This document shows, piece after piece, positions 49,243 to 58,989 of a stretch of 64,000 bases of DNA (the stretch's first letter is position 1; every line of letters starts with the position of its first letter). The notes under the pieces are model-generated. The model searched no databases, was not told the DNA's origin, and worked only from the letters and a program-made list of their open reading frames with translations. The position numbers and the translations under genes were made by a program. The stretch is from Terriglobia bacterium (GTDB taxonomy: Bacteria; Acidobacteriota; Terriglobia; 20CM-2-55-15): positions 832,001-896,000 of the forward strand of contig CBDAOY010000005.1 in the NCBI GenBank assembly GCA_965198225.1, given 5' to 3'.

Positions 49243-51732
49243 ATGGAGCAAAAAGTTGACGCCCTGCGAGTCGTTCAAGACCCCGCCTACGCGGCCCGGC
49301 TGACGGACGCCGAATGGCGGACCCTTGCCGACGACCCCGAATGGAACGAGCTCGTCGGAGAATACGCCGAGATGGTCGAACCTGTGATGGAGCTCTATGC
49401 TTCGAACCTGGGTGTGCCGGCGCCTCGTGCCGTCGCTCCGGGCCCGCCGCCTCAACAAGAGCCGGAACGGTTCGAGGTCATCGGCAAGCCGATTCCTCGC
49501 CTGCACGGTCTGGGCGTGGTCACAAACCTCGGCCAATACGTCCAGAACATGCGGATGAACGGAATGCTCTTTACCCGGACCCTTCGAAGCCCGTATCCCC
49601 ATGCGCGGATCACGAGCGTCCGGACGGAGAGGGCGGAGCGGATGCCCGGCGTGGTGGCCGTGCTGCACCGCGGCAACCTTCCGGCCGAGTACCGGGATGT
49701 GCGATTGGGAAGCGGCCCCCCGAACCGCTACCTGTTCAACGAGGAGGTGTTTCAGGTCGGGGCGCCGGTGGCGGTCGTGGCGGCCGAAAGCGAACACATC
49801 GCCGATGAGGCCGTCCGCGAGATCGACGTCGACTACCAGACCCTTCCGGCCACCCTGGGCATGATGGAAGGAGCCGGGCCGTTCGCCCTCAAGCAATGGG
49901 ACAACACGGAAGACGGGACGATTATCTCTGTGACACCGCCCCTGGTCCGGGGTGAACCGGACGGTGCGCGCGCCGACACCACGATCGATGAGGTCCTGAC
50001 CAAATCCACGGAACAGCACCTGGCGCTGGAGCTGACCAACTCCCTGATGTACTGGGATCAGGATCGTCTGGTCGTGTATTACACGAACCAGCACGCGCAC
50101 GGCACCCGGGCCGGTCTTTCGCAGGCGCTCAAGATTCCGGCGAACCGCATCCGTGTGATCCAGCCCGGCTACATGGGATCGGGGTACGGCTATCGGTCGC
50201 GCAACGACGTGGCCGAGGTGCACGCGGCCATCCTGGCTCGGATGACCGGGCGTCCCATCAAGACGATGTACACCCGGGAGGAAGACTTCATCACGCGCAC
50301 ACACCGGCCGCAATTCCGTAACGAAATGAGGCTCGGCGTCAACCGCGAAGGAAAGATTCAATTCGGTCAATTCCGGGTGTTTGCCAATGTCGGCGCCCAG
50401 CGTGGGGGCGGTGCCAATGGGGCGTGGTATCCGATGCAGCACCTCTATTCGATCCCGAACCTGAAGCTCGAGGCGACCGACATTTTCACAAACAGCTACC
50501 GGTCCGGACCCTACCGTTGCGTGAGCCATCCGAACGGGACCTTCGCCCTCGAGATGATGGTCGAGAGGGCGGCTGACGCTATCGGTATGGATCCAGTGGA
50601 GCTTCGGCTCCAGAACCTCAACGAGGAAGGGAACCTCGATACGGGCAGGCCGTTCAGCAACCCCGGCATCCGGGACTGCATCAACGCCGCAGCCGACCGC
50701 ATCGACTGGGCGCAGACCTGGCACGCTCCCCGCGCCAGGGAGCTGCGGCCCGGCGTCTACCATGGCATCGGCCTCTCGGCCCACGCCTGCAGCCATGGCG
50801 GCGGAACAAACCCGGCAACCGGTCAGGTGATCGTCAACACAGACGGGAGCGTGCAGTGCGTTTCCGGCTCCACAGAAATCGGACCGGGACAGCGGACACA
50901 GATGGCCATGATTGCCGCCGAGGCGCTCGGCGTGCCCCTGGAAACGGTCAGCATTGCTCCGTATGTGGACACCGACAACACGACCGATACGGGAAGCACG
51001 AGCGGCAGCCGGCAGACCAATACCGGCGGTCGCGGTATGTACGAAGCGGCCGTCGATGCCAAGAACCAGATTCTGAGATACGCCGCCGAAAGACTCATCA
51101 GGGACGCGAGCCGGCGCAACGAGCAGCTCCAGATCACCCCGGAGGAGTTGGACATCGAGAACGGCGAGGTCTTTGTGAAGGCGGATCCATCGACCAGGCT
51201 CCCGATGGGAGTCGTGGTGCAGTCGGCCGGTTTCTCCATCCTCGGCCGGGCAATCTACAGGCAGGACACCGACTGGCAGCGAACGGCCTGGGCGTCGCAT
51301 GCCGCTGAAGTCGAAGTCGACACCGGTACCGGAACGGTCACCGTCACGAGGTATGTGGCAGCCCACGACGTTGGACGGGCGATCAACCCGTTCGCGCTGG
51401 AACAACAGATCGAGGGCGGCGTCGTCATGGCGCTCGGCGCCGTGCTGAACGAAGAACTGCTGGTCGACTCCGGGACGGGCTTGCCGCTGAATGCGAACAT
51501 GCTGGACTATCGGGCGCCCAGCATCCTGGACGTGCCCGACGAGATTGAAGTCGTCCTGATCGAGAAGCCCAAGGCATACGGAGTTTTCGGTGCGCACGGG
51601 ATCGGCGAACCGCCGATGTCTCCCCCCGCGCCGGCAGTGGCGGCGGCCGTCCACAACGCTGTCGGAGTGTGGATGGACGACATGCCGATAACACGGGAAA
51701 AGTTGTTCGCCCAACTCAGGAACGTGAGGTAA
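49243..51732 (+). CDS. Xanthine dehydrogenase-family molybdopterin-binding subunit (PaoC-like)
   Basis: RSPYPHARI, TREED, EIGPGQRT, AAHDVGRAINP, QIEGG, GAHGIGEPP. Confidence 0.92.
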   Translation: MEQKVDALRVVQDPAYAARLTDAEWRTLADDPEWNELVGEYAEMVEPVMELYASNLGVPAPRAVAPGPPPQQEPERFEVIGKPIPRLHGLGVVTNLGQYVQNMRMNGMLFTRTLRSPYPHARITSVRTERAERMPGVVAVLHRGNLPAEYRDVRLGSGPPNRYLFNEEVFQVGAPVAVVAAESEHIADEAVREIDVDYQTLPATLGMMEGAGPFALKQWDNTEDGTIISVTPPLVRGEPDGARADTTIDEVLTKSTEQHLALELTNSLMYWDQDRLVVYYTNQHAHGTRAGLSQALKIPANRIRVIQPGYMGSGYGYRSRNDVAEVHAAILARMTGRPIKTMYTREEDFITRTHRPQFRNEMRLGVNREGKIQFGQFRVFANVGAQRGGGANGAWYPMQHLYSIPNLKLEATDIFTNSYRSGPYRCVSHPNGTFALEMMVERAADAIGMDPVELRLQNLNEEGNLDTGRPFSNPGIRDCINAAADRIDWAQTWHAPRARELRPGVYHGIGLSAHACSHGGGTNPATGQVIVNTDGSVQCVSGSTEIGPGQRTQMAMIAAEALGVPLETVSIAPYVDTDNTTDTGSTSGSRQTNTGGRGMYEAAVDAKNQILRYAAERLIRDASRRNEQLQITPEELDIENGEVFVKADPSTRLPMGVVVQSAGFSILGRAIYRQDTDWQRTAWASHAAEVEVDTGTGTVTVTRYVAAHDVGRAINPFALEQQIEGGVVMALGAVLNEELLVDSGTGLPLNANMLDYRAPSILDVPDEIEVVLIEKPKAYGVFGAHGIGEPPMSPPAPAVAAAVHNAVGVWMDDMPITREKLFAQLRNVR

Positions 51733-51737
51733 CCGAG

Positions 51738-52730
51738 ATGAAGAGCTTTGAACTCCACGAACCCACGACAGTTCGCGAAGCGGTCGAAACGCTAGACAGG
51801 CTCGGTTCCAAGGCCAAAGTCCTTGCGGGCGGAAGCGATCTTGTTTCCGGCGTGATGAAGGACTGGGTGGAAGGCGACGGCATGCCCCTGCCCGAGGCGC
51901 TGGTCGACCTGACGACCATCCCTCAACTCGAAGGCATAACCCTCGACGAGAGCGGTGCCACGATCGGGGCCAACACGACCCTGACCACCATCGTCGAATC
52001 CGAGGCGCTCGTCGAACGGTTCCCGCTGCTCACCGAAGCTGCTGCCAGCGTGGCTTCGAAGCTGATACGCAATTTCGCCACGCTGGGCGGCAACATCAAC
52101 CAGCGGCCGCGCTGCTGGTTCTTCAGGGGGAAGGATTTCGATTGCTTGAAGAAAGGCGGCGACTTCTGCTTCTCCGTCGGCGGCGACAATCGTTACCATG
52201 CCATCATCGGTAGCGATCAGTGCTACATCGTCCATCCGTCCGATACGGCCACGGCCCTGCTCGCTTTGAATGCCCAAGCGAGAATTGCCGGACCCGACGG
52301 TGAACGGATAGTCCCCTTCGACGACTACTTCATCAGTCCGAGCCAAGACATCCTGCGCGAAAACATCCTCCAGGACAACGAATTGCTGATGGAGGTGTTC
52401 CTACCCACTCCTGCCCAAGGTACGAAGCAAGCCTGGATGAAACTGAAGAACCGCCAGGTCTATGACTTTGCCCTCGTCTCGGTCGCCGCGGCATTCACGG
52501 CGGACAACGACACCTGGAACGAGGGTCGCATCGTGCTGGGCGGTGTGGCGCCGGTCCCGTACCGGGCCACGGTGATCGAAGACCAGCTTCGGGGCACAAA
52601 CGCCAGGAGCGGCGCCAGGCAGGCCGCCGCCTTGATCCGCACCGTCGCGCGCCCGATGAGCATGAACGCCTACAAGGTGGACATCGCCCAGAACATGGTG
52701 GAGCGAACCATCCTGCAGGGGCTCGGATAG
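51738..52730 (+). CDS. Xanthine dehydrogenase-family FAD subunit with Cys insert (PaoB-like)
   Basis: LAGGSDL, IRNFATLGGNI, RPRCWFFR..DCLKKGGDFC..CYIVHPSD, LGGVAPVP. Confidence 0.92.
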   Translation: MKSFELHEPTTVREAVETLDRLGSKAKVLAGGSDLVSGVMKDWVEGDGMPLPEALVDLTTIPQLEGITLDESGATIGANTTLTTIVESEALVERFPLLTEAAASVASKLIRNFATLGGNINQRPRCWFFRGKDFDCLKKGGDFCFSVGGDNRYHAIIGSDQCYIVHPSDTATALLALNAQARIAGPDGERIVPFDDYFISPSQDILRENILQDNELLMEVFLPTPAQGTKQAWMKLKNRQVYDFALVSVAAAFTADNDTWNEGRIVLGGVAPVPYRATVIEDQLRGTNARSGARQAAALIRTVARPMSMNAYKVDIAQNMVERTILQGLG

Positions 52731-52792
52731 GACAACCACCCCGTCTGCACCTTCGGTGCATCCACCCCTCCTTATTCTAAGGAGGGGAGCCC

Positions 52793-53306
52793 GGGGTGGC
52801 GCGAAGCGCCGGGATGGTGTTGACCAAGAAAACCATCCCCGTCTGTCTGAGGCGTATCTAGACTAAGAAAACCATTCCCGTCTGCACCTGTCGCCCAGAA
52901 CCCGGTGTAGGTGCGGTCTATGACCGCACAACTCGTGGCACCGCGTGCCGTCCACTCGGGGGTCCGTGCACCGTGCGGTCATAGACCGCACCTACACCGA
53001 CCTACGTTTCCACTCTAATCGGGAAGTGACGAAACTTCGGAATCGGGTGTAGGTGTGCTTCGTGAGCGCAGGTTGCACTCCCCTCCTCAGATGAGGAGGG
53101 GTGGCGCGAAGCGCCGGGGTGGTGTTGACCAAGAAAACCATCCCGTCTGTCTGAGGCGTATCTAGTCCAAGAAAACCATCCCCGTCTGCACCTGTCGCCC
53201 AGAACCCGGTGTAGGTGCGGTCTATGACCGCACAACTCGTGGCACCGCGTGCTGTCCACTCGGGGGTCCGTGCACCGTGCGGTCATAGACCGCACCTACA
53301 CCGACC
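52793..53306. repeat. About 210-bp near-identical direct duplication of a composite repeat unit
   Basis: 52793-53003 recurs at 53098-53306; each copy has a GTAG-REP doublet and the second repeat family. Confidence 0.85.
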
Positions 53307-53318
53307 TGCGGCACCCGG

Positions 53319-54179
53319 CTAGTCAGGCTCCGGTTTCTGGACTGCGCTCGTGCGGTCGGGCCGGGGAAGACTCGTCACGGCCTGTATGCAGTTGAGCGCC
53401 GAGCCGTGGATCACGTCGTTGCTCGCGATGTAGCCCCCGTCGGAGTAGAGCCAGGTGAGACCATCGGCGTCGGTCAGTATTCCACCGGCACGCTCGAGGA
53501 TCAGGCTGGCCGCCGCAACGTCCCATATCGTCAAATCCAGATGCCAGTAAGCGTGCAGTCGGCCGGCGGCAACGTTGCAGAGTCCCAGCGCCGGCGAACC
53601 CATCAGGGTGCACTGGTTGACCTGGTCGGCCATCAGTCCCAGGATCAGCCTGGTCTGTTCACGACTCTCACCACCCTGAGGCCAGTCTGTTCCGACGATT
53701 GCGCTCTCCCAGGCTTCGGTGCCTTCCAATATCTGCTGAACGACAATCTTTTTGTCGTTGAGGATCGCCGGGGTTTCGGTCGTCGCCTCAAACAGCTCGT
53801 CCCGACAAGGATCGTAAACGACACCGACGTGGATGGCGCCCTCGGACCGTAGAGCCACCGAAACTCCAAAGTAAGGGATGCCCTGGACAAAGTTCAGGCT
53901 GCCGCAGATCGGGTCCACGATCCAGAGTTGGGGAGCGTCCACGGGCATGGGCGCGTCCTCCGGCCCTTCTCTGGCCAGGATCCCGGCCTCAGGAAATTCC
54001 GTCAGAATGACCGAGACGATCGCTTCCTGAACTTCCAGGGAAGCCTCGGATGCCACGTCCCGCAGGCCCTTCCATTTCAGATAGCCCGGTTCGCCAAGGC
54101 GGGCCCGAGCCAATTCGCCGCCCTTACGTGCCGCGCGTATCGCAACCTCGAGAGCCTGGTTGGTGTCGGGTGTTTCCAC
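53319..54179 (-). CDS. Inositol monophosphatase family protein
   Basis: WIVDPICGSLNF, VVYDP, WDVAAA, AGG. Confidence 0.85.
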   Translation of the reverse strand: METPDTNQALEVAIRAARKGGELARARLGEPGYLKWKGLRDVASEASLEVQEAIVSVILTEFPEAGILAREGPEDAPMPVDAPQLWIVDPICGSLNFVQGIPYFGVSVALRSEGAIHVGVVYDPCRDELFEATTETPAILNDKKIVVQQILEGTEAWESAIVGTDWPQGGESREQTRLILGLMADQVNQCTLMGSPALGLCNVAAGRLHAYWHLDLTIWDVAAASLILERAGGILTDADGLTWLYSDGGYIASNDVIHGSALNCIQAVTSLPRPDRTSAVQKPEPD

Positions 54180-54285
54180 GGTTTACAGTATATATTGAGC
54201 TTTTCATCACACCGAAAAGTGGTCGCAGACCTTCGGTTCTTGGCCAGCGAGAAGGGGCGGACCCTCTGATAGTGAGAAGACGCGA

Positions 54286-54870
54286 GTGACGAAGCCTGCA
54301 TCGGCGGAAGTAACCAAGCTGCTGTTGGCCTGGGGTGACGGGGACAAGGACGCCCTCGGGCGGCTGATGCCTCTCGTCGAACGGGAGCTACACCGACTGG
54401 CTCATATGTATATGGTCGGGGAGCGTCAGGGGCACACGCTGCAGACTTCGGCGCTGGTCAACGAAGCCTACTTGAAACTCGTCGATGTCCGGCGCGTCGA
54501 ATGGCAGAACCGGGCGCATTTCTTCGGGGTGTCCGCCCAGCTGATGCGGCGGATTCTCGTCGATTTCGCCCGGCGACGACGATATCAGAAACGTGGCGGG
54601 GGCGTGCCGCCCGTCACACTGAACGAGGAGTTGGTCGGGGCCCCGGATCAACCCCAGGACCTGATCGCGATCGATGATGCCTTGAACGCCCTGGCCGAGG
54701 TCGATCCGAGGAAAGTACGCATTGTCGAGTTGCGGTTCTTCTCCGGCCTGAGCGTGCGGGAGACAGCCGAGGCGCTGAAGGTCTCCGAGGACACGGTCTT
54801 CCGCGACTGGAGGTTGGCCAAGGCCTGGTTGAAGCGCCATTTGAAACAGCAACAGAGCGCCGAGGACTGA
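54286..54870 (+). CDS. ECF-type sigma factor of the kinase-associated group
   Basis: VTKLLLAW, HTLQTSALVNEAYLKL, NRAHFF, MRRILVD, VELRFFSGL, RDWRLAKAWL. Confidence 0.92.
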   Translation: MTKPASAEVTKLLLAWGDGDKDALGRLMPLVERELHRLAHMYMVGERQGHTLQTSALVNEAYLKLVDVRRVEWQNRAHFFGVSAQLMRRILVDFARRRRYQKRGGGVPPVTLNEELVGAPDQPQDLIAIDDALNALAEVDPRKVRIVELRFFSGLSVRETAEALKVSEDTVFRDWRLAKAWLKRHLKQQQSAED

Positions 54871-54883
54871 CCGACCCCGCCGG

Positions 54884-55022
54884 TCATCGCTGCGCGGTTT
54901 GAGCCGGCAGCGCCGCGCGTATCAAGTCCGCCTCTTCGGGCGTGAAGAGAAGACTCTCCCGGAACGCCTTTTCCCAGCTCTTCAGATCCGTCCGCGCCTT
55001 CATGAATCCCTGTGGTGTTGTG
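54884..55022 (-). repeat. Diverged duplicate of the 3' end of the gene at 55621-56268
   Basis: Near-identical to 55621-55758, down to the stop codon (ALPAQTAQR* vs ALFGQTAQQ*). Confidence 0.85.
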
Positions 55023-55104
55023 CGAGCTTGACTGTCCGGATCCCCGTTCCCGGGAGCGGATTAGGGAAGGGAAGTGGTAAAATTGCCCTCGAAGTCGATG
55101 AATC

Positions 55105-55296
55105 ATGTCTGAGGCAACACCCATCAAAGAAGAAGCCCGCCGACTCGTTGACGAGCTACCGGAAAACGCCACCTGGACGGATTTCGCGCGGCTGGTCATC
55201 GAGCGGCAGCGTGTCAAAGACGGAATCGCTGATCTGGACGCCGGCATTACGTGGAGCAGCGACGAGATTCGAGAGAAGCTCAGTATCCCCAAGTGA
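55105..55296 (+). CDS. Putative antitoxin
   Basis: 63-aa ORF (LVDELPENATW...GIADLDAG) overlapping the toxin start (GTGA). Confidence 0.75.
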   Translation: MSEATPIKEEARRLVDELPENATWTDFARLVIERQRVKDGIADLDAGITWSSDEIREKLSIPK

Positions 55297-55580
55297 AAGT
55301 CGTCTGGTCCGATCGGGCGCTTCGATCCCTGGCCGATATCCACTCTCACATTTCAGCCGATTCTTTGGACGCTGCGAACCGGACCGTCGATGCCATCTTG
55401 AAGCGTGGGGACCGGCTGGCTCAATTTCCACATCTCGGTCGTGTCGTCGAGCGTTACGCCCAGCCCGACATCCGTGAGTTGGTCGAGAGTCCGTACCGCA
55501 TCGTGTATCGAGTACGCTCTGAATCGGTTGAAGTGATCGATGTCTTTCACTCGGCGCAACTCCCTCCTTGGGAACGCTGA
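55293..55580 (+). CDS. RelE/ParE-family toxin
   Basis: VVWSDRALRSLADI, FPHLGRVV, IRELVESPYRIVYR, IDVFH. Confidence 0.88.
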   Translation: MKVVWSDRALRSLADIHSHISADSLDAANRTVDAILKRGDRLAQFPHLGRVVERYAQPDIRELVESPYRIVYRVRSESVEVIDVFHSAQLPPWER

Positions 55581-55620
55581 AGTATGAATACAAGGGGACC
55601 AGGACTGACTCCCCTGCCGT

Positions 55621-56268
55621 TCACTGCTGCGCGGTCTGTCCGAACAGCGCCGCGCGGATCAACTCCGCCTCTTCGGGCGTGAAGAGAAGACTCTCCCGGA
55701 ACGCCTTTTCCCAGCTCTTCAGATCCGTGCGCGCCTTCATGATCCCCTTGGTGTTGTGGGCGCCGTGCGGAAGCATCAGATGTCCGGCCTCGTGTGCGAT
55801 GACATGGCCGAGGACGAGCCCCCGGGCGGTTTTCAAGTTCGGAACGTGCGTCTTGCGGAGCACCTGGTCGGCCTGATCGTTGACGCGGCGAGAGAAAACA
55901 TACGCCCGGCGAGCGCCCCGGCCGTCGTTGCCGACGGCGAAACCGGTGCAGGCGCTTGCCTGTTCGAACGGGCCGGCAAGGTGTGGAGGCAGAAGCACGA
56001 TGGTCAGCTCGATCGCATTCCCCTCGGACATTCCTTCGTCACCGTCCATCCGCCAGACGATCTGAATTCCGATGTTCCGGTAGATCCGTTCGACGTGATC
56101 TCTTGCCGGGGTGAGGACTTTGTTCGGTATTCCAGCTTTGTTCACGACGTTCAGGATCAGTATTCGGACCGCATCGTTCGGCTCGGCGAAGGCCGTTGAT
56201 CGAAGCAAACAGGCGTTCAAAGTCCAAACCAGAATCAAAGTGAAAAGACCGTGTCCCAATCGTGTCAT
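55621..56268 (-). CDS. Secreted hypothetical protein with HExxH (zincin-like) motif
   Basis: Signal peptide; LGHVIAHEAGHLML...H...GIM. Confidence 0.7.
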   Translation of the reverse strand: MTRLGHGLFTLILVWTLNACLLRSTAFAEPNDAVRILILNVVNKAGIPNKVLTPARDHVERIYRNIGIQIVWRMDGDEGMSEGNAIELTIVLLPPHLAGPFEQASACTGFAVGNDGRGARRAYVFSRRVNDQADQVLRKTHVPNLKTARGLVLGHVIAHEAGHLMLPHGAHNTKGIMKARTDLKSWEKAFRESLLFTPEEAELIRAALFGQTAQQ

Positions 56269-56535
56269 CGCTGCCTCCCGGTGTCTCAGCGCGTTGTGCG
56301 CTCACCGGGAAAGCGAGAACCGAATGGGAAAACTTGAACGTTCCAGGAAATTTCTTGTTGGTACCGATCTCGCGTCTGCCGGCCAGAACGCCCGAGAACA
56401 CGCACGTCGACGGTCAAAGCTCAGCGTTCAAAGGGTTTAAGGGTGTCTGTCAGGAGTTCTAGGGGTGCTATACTGGTCCCACATTCAAACCGCATTCACA
56501 CCACGGGATTGGTCGAACAGGGCGAGGATCACACG

Positions 56536-56811
56536 ATGGCGGACAGGTGGCGCCAGGTCGAGGAACTCTTTCACCGCGCGCTGGAGCGCGAGGAGCCGGA
56601 TCGGTCTGCGTTTCTGGACGAGGCTTGCGCCGGCGACGAGGCCCTGCGCCGGGACGTCGAATCACTGCTCGTTGAGGAGGCCGAGTCCGGCTTCATGGAA
56701 ACACCGGCGATGGAAGGCGAGGCGCGGGAACTGGCCCAGGAGAACCGGCCGGGTCTGGAAGGACGCAGAATCGGGACCTTCGAAATCCTCTCGCTGCTGG
56801 GCCGGGGCGGG
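56536..56811 (+). pseudogene. Ser/Thr protein kinase N-terminal stub
   Basis: RWRQVEELFHRALE...AFLDEACAGDEALRRDVESLL...IGTFEILSLLGRGG; stops inside the Gly-rich loop. Confidence 0.85.
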
Positions 56812-57426
56812 CAAAGGACCTTTCCGAGCGTCCAGTTCGAGCGGTATGCGGACGATGCCATCGTCCATTGCAGGAGCGAACGGCAGGCGCGAGCAGTATT
56901 GGAGGCCATTCGGGGTCGGTTCGAGCAGTGCGGTTTGGAGCTTCATCCTGTGAAGACCCGTATCGTTTACTGCAAGGACGACGACCGGCCTGGGGACTAC
57001 GAACACGTCAAGTTCGACTTCCTCGGGTACACCTTCCAACCTCGGCGGGCGAAGAATCGCTGTTGGAAATTCTTCGTGAGCTTCCTACCGGCGATCAGCG
57101 CCAAGGCCGCCAAGAAGATCCGGGCCACCATCCGCGAATGGCGGATGGCGTCCACCAGGAACAACCAGCGTCTGGAGGACTTGGCACGGCTCATCAACCC
57201 GTCGGTACGTGGCTGGATGAACTACTACGGACGGTTCTACCGGTCGAAGTGTGTTCAGGTCCTTCGCCATCTCAACGAGGCCCTCGCGGCATGGGCGCGA
57301 TGGAAATACAAGCGGTTTCGGCGACGTGAGCGTGCGTCGATGCACTGGCTGGGGCGCATCGCGCGACGGGACAGGCAGCTGTTTGTCCTGTGGCAACTCG
57401 GCATCGTACCCGAGGCTGGAGAGTAG
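56812..57426 (+). pseudogene. ltrA: Group II intron RT/maturase, C-terminal half (in frame with the kinase stub)
   Basis: ERYADD, GLELHPVKT, FDFLGYTF, INPSVRGWMNYYG; upstream RT subdomains absent. Confidence 0.88.
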
Positions 57427-57500
57427 GAGCCGGATGAGGCGAGAGTTTCACGTCCGGTTCTGGGAGGGCCCGGGGGGGAAGTTCCCCCGGGCTACTCGAC
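57427..57500 (+). ncRNA. Group II intron domains V-VI (intron A 3' end)
   Basis: GAGCCGGATGAGGCGAGAGTTTCACGTCCGGTTC with AGC triad; DVI hairpin ending CTACTCGAC. Confidence 0.88.
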
Positions 57501-57955
57501 GTGTGCCACGAGCACTGACGGGCGCAAGTCGGGTCAGTGCGCAACTGTTTCACTGATGAGGGAGGGCCCCTCGGAGCCGGCGTGCAGGAGCCGGCTTCAA
57601 ACCACCTTCGGTGGCTGTGGTTAAAAGCCATGGTCGTGAGCGCAGAAGGAAAAGGCCCGGGAAGAACCGGGTCAGGTGGCTGGCAAGAAGAGGACCGCAA
57701 GGGAATCACTGATGACGTGTCGAAAGCGTAGGGACGATGTCAAAACCGTGGGGAGTCATTACCGCGGGATCAGTTCAGACGAGAATCTGCTTACGGGCTG
57801 AGCGGCATCCGGCATAAAGGTGGCCTGAGCTTGCCGAGAGGCGGTGAAACGGAACGTGGGAACCTGAGATTCCGATGCTAACGGAGACGCCACAAGTGGA
57901 AGAACCACGAGGGCCAGAGTACGAAAGCGGAGTCTCAGGGGCGGAATGGCCCGTA
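57501..57955 (+). ncRNA. Group II intron 5' domains (intron B, interrupted)
   Basis: GTGTG 5' end directly after the 3' end of intron A; GGAACGTGGGAACC and GGGGCGGA...CCCGTA segments typical of the DI-DIII region. Confidence 0.68.
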
Positions 57956-58863
57956 GTGCGTGCCTGGCAGCACGCGTTTCCGGCGGGTTAAAGTCCCGCT
58001 CGGCCCGAGGCCACGGGTCGATATCCAACAAGTGGGGGTAATGCCTCACTGGCCGGAGTGTAGGCAGGTATGGCAGATGCCTAAACGGGCACGAAGGCGA
58101 AAGCCGGATACGGCCAAGGCAAAGCTGGAGCCAGCTACGGAAACTTTGGAGGGCAGGGCGCCCACCGCGAGGTGGGGTCTGAAGGGCATGAGGAGAACCA
58201 CCGGGTCGTAATCGACGGGAGCCATCCCGAGGATGAACCGGTCGGCCAAAGATGGGGAATGGTCGAGCCCGCACTATTGGGGCGAAGGCGCATTGGTTCC
58301 ACCCCATCGCACCAAGGTGTGTGCGGGCGACACGGTGGAGAAGAGACGCGAGTGACCCAGGGAGGCCTGGTATCGTCCGAGCGGAAGGTAAGGTCGAGAT
58401 GATGTGGCACCCGCAGACGAAAGGGCGGGCAACCGAGAAGACAAACATCGACCTAGAGCCCTGCGCGGTAGGTGCGGATATAAGCGAGAGCGAAATTCCG
58501 GCCGACGCGGTGTCAGGAATCGGATCGGGGAATAGTACTCAGGAACGAGACGGCAAACATAAGGTCTCGGATCGTTGCTTCGAGCAGCGGCGCTGGCGGG
58601 TCCAAAAGGCCCGTTGGAGGGGGAAGTCCCCGTACTCAGTCGTGAATGTGCGAGCGATGGGAAACGCGGAGATATCGTGGAATTGGATAGTTCCCTTAGC
58701 GAAAGACCCAAACGCGGTACGAACGAAGCCGCCACCTGCCGCCACACAGCGAATTCCGAACGAGGAGCAACTGAGGAAAGCGGCTTGCGGGAAAACCGCA
58801 CGAGCCGTTTGATTGAGCGGACGGTGGAAGGGCGGAGATCGGCCCGACCACTTTCGACTCTAC
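57956..58863 (+). ncRNA. ORF-less group II intron (intron C)
   Basis: GTGCG 5' end; DV AAGCGGCTTGCGGGAAAACCGCACGAGCCGTTT at about 58778-58810; 3' end CGACTCTAC; no RT ORF inside. Confidence 0.7.
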
Positions 58864-58989
58864 ACTCCGAGGTCGGGAGAGCCGATCACATGGGGAAGCG
58901 GCCAGCAGAAGTGGACTCGTTCTTGGGAAACATGAGCTCCATGCAACGGGAGGATACGGTCCTCTATGCAACGAGAGGAACAACCAGTC

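Noticed and set aside
48943-51714. 923-aa minus-strand ORF and similar long antisense ORFs (17735-19267, 25724-26983, 26937-28451, 34984-36354, 46269-47774)
   Set aside because: They shadow well-supported genes on the other strand, as expected with high-GC codon bias, and show no recognisable motifs.
19738-53306. GTAGGTGCGGTCTATGACCGCAC repeats as a CRISPR array
   Set aside because: Copies are dispersed and mostly inverted pairs, not direct repeats with regular unique spacers; no cas genes are present.
54884-55758. Repeat pair near an RT as a diversity-generating retroelement TR/VR
   Set aside because: Differences include C/G changes and an indel rather than adenine-specific substitutions, and both RTs are followed by group II intron DV-DVI.
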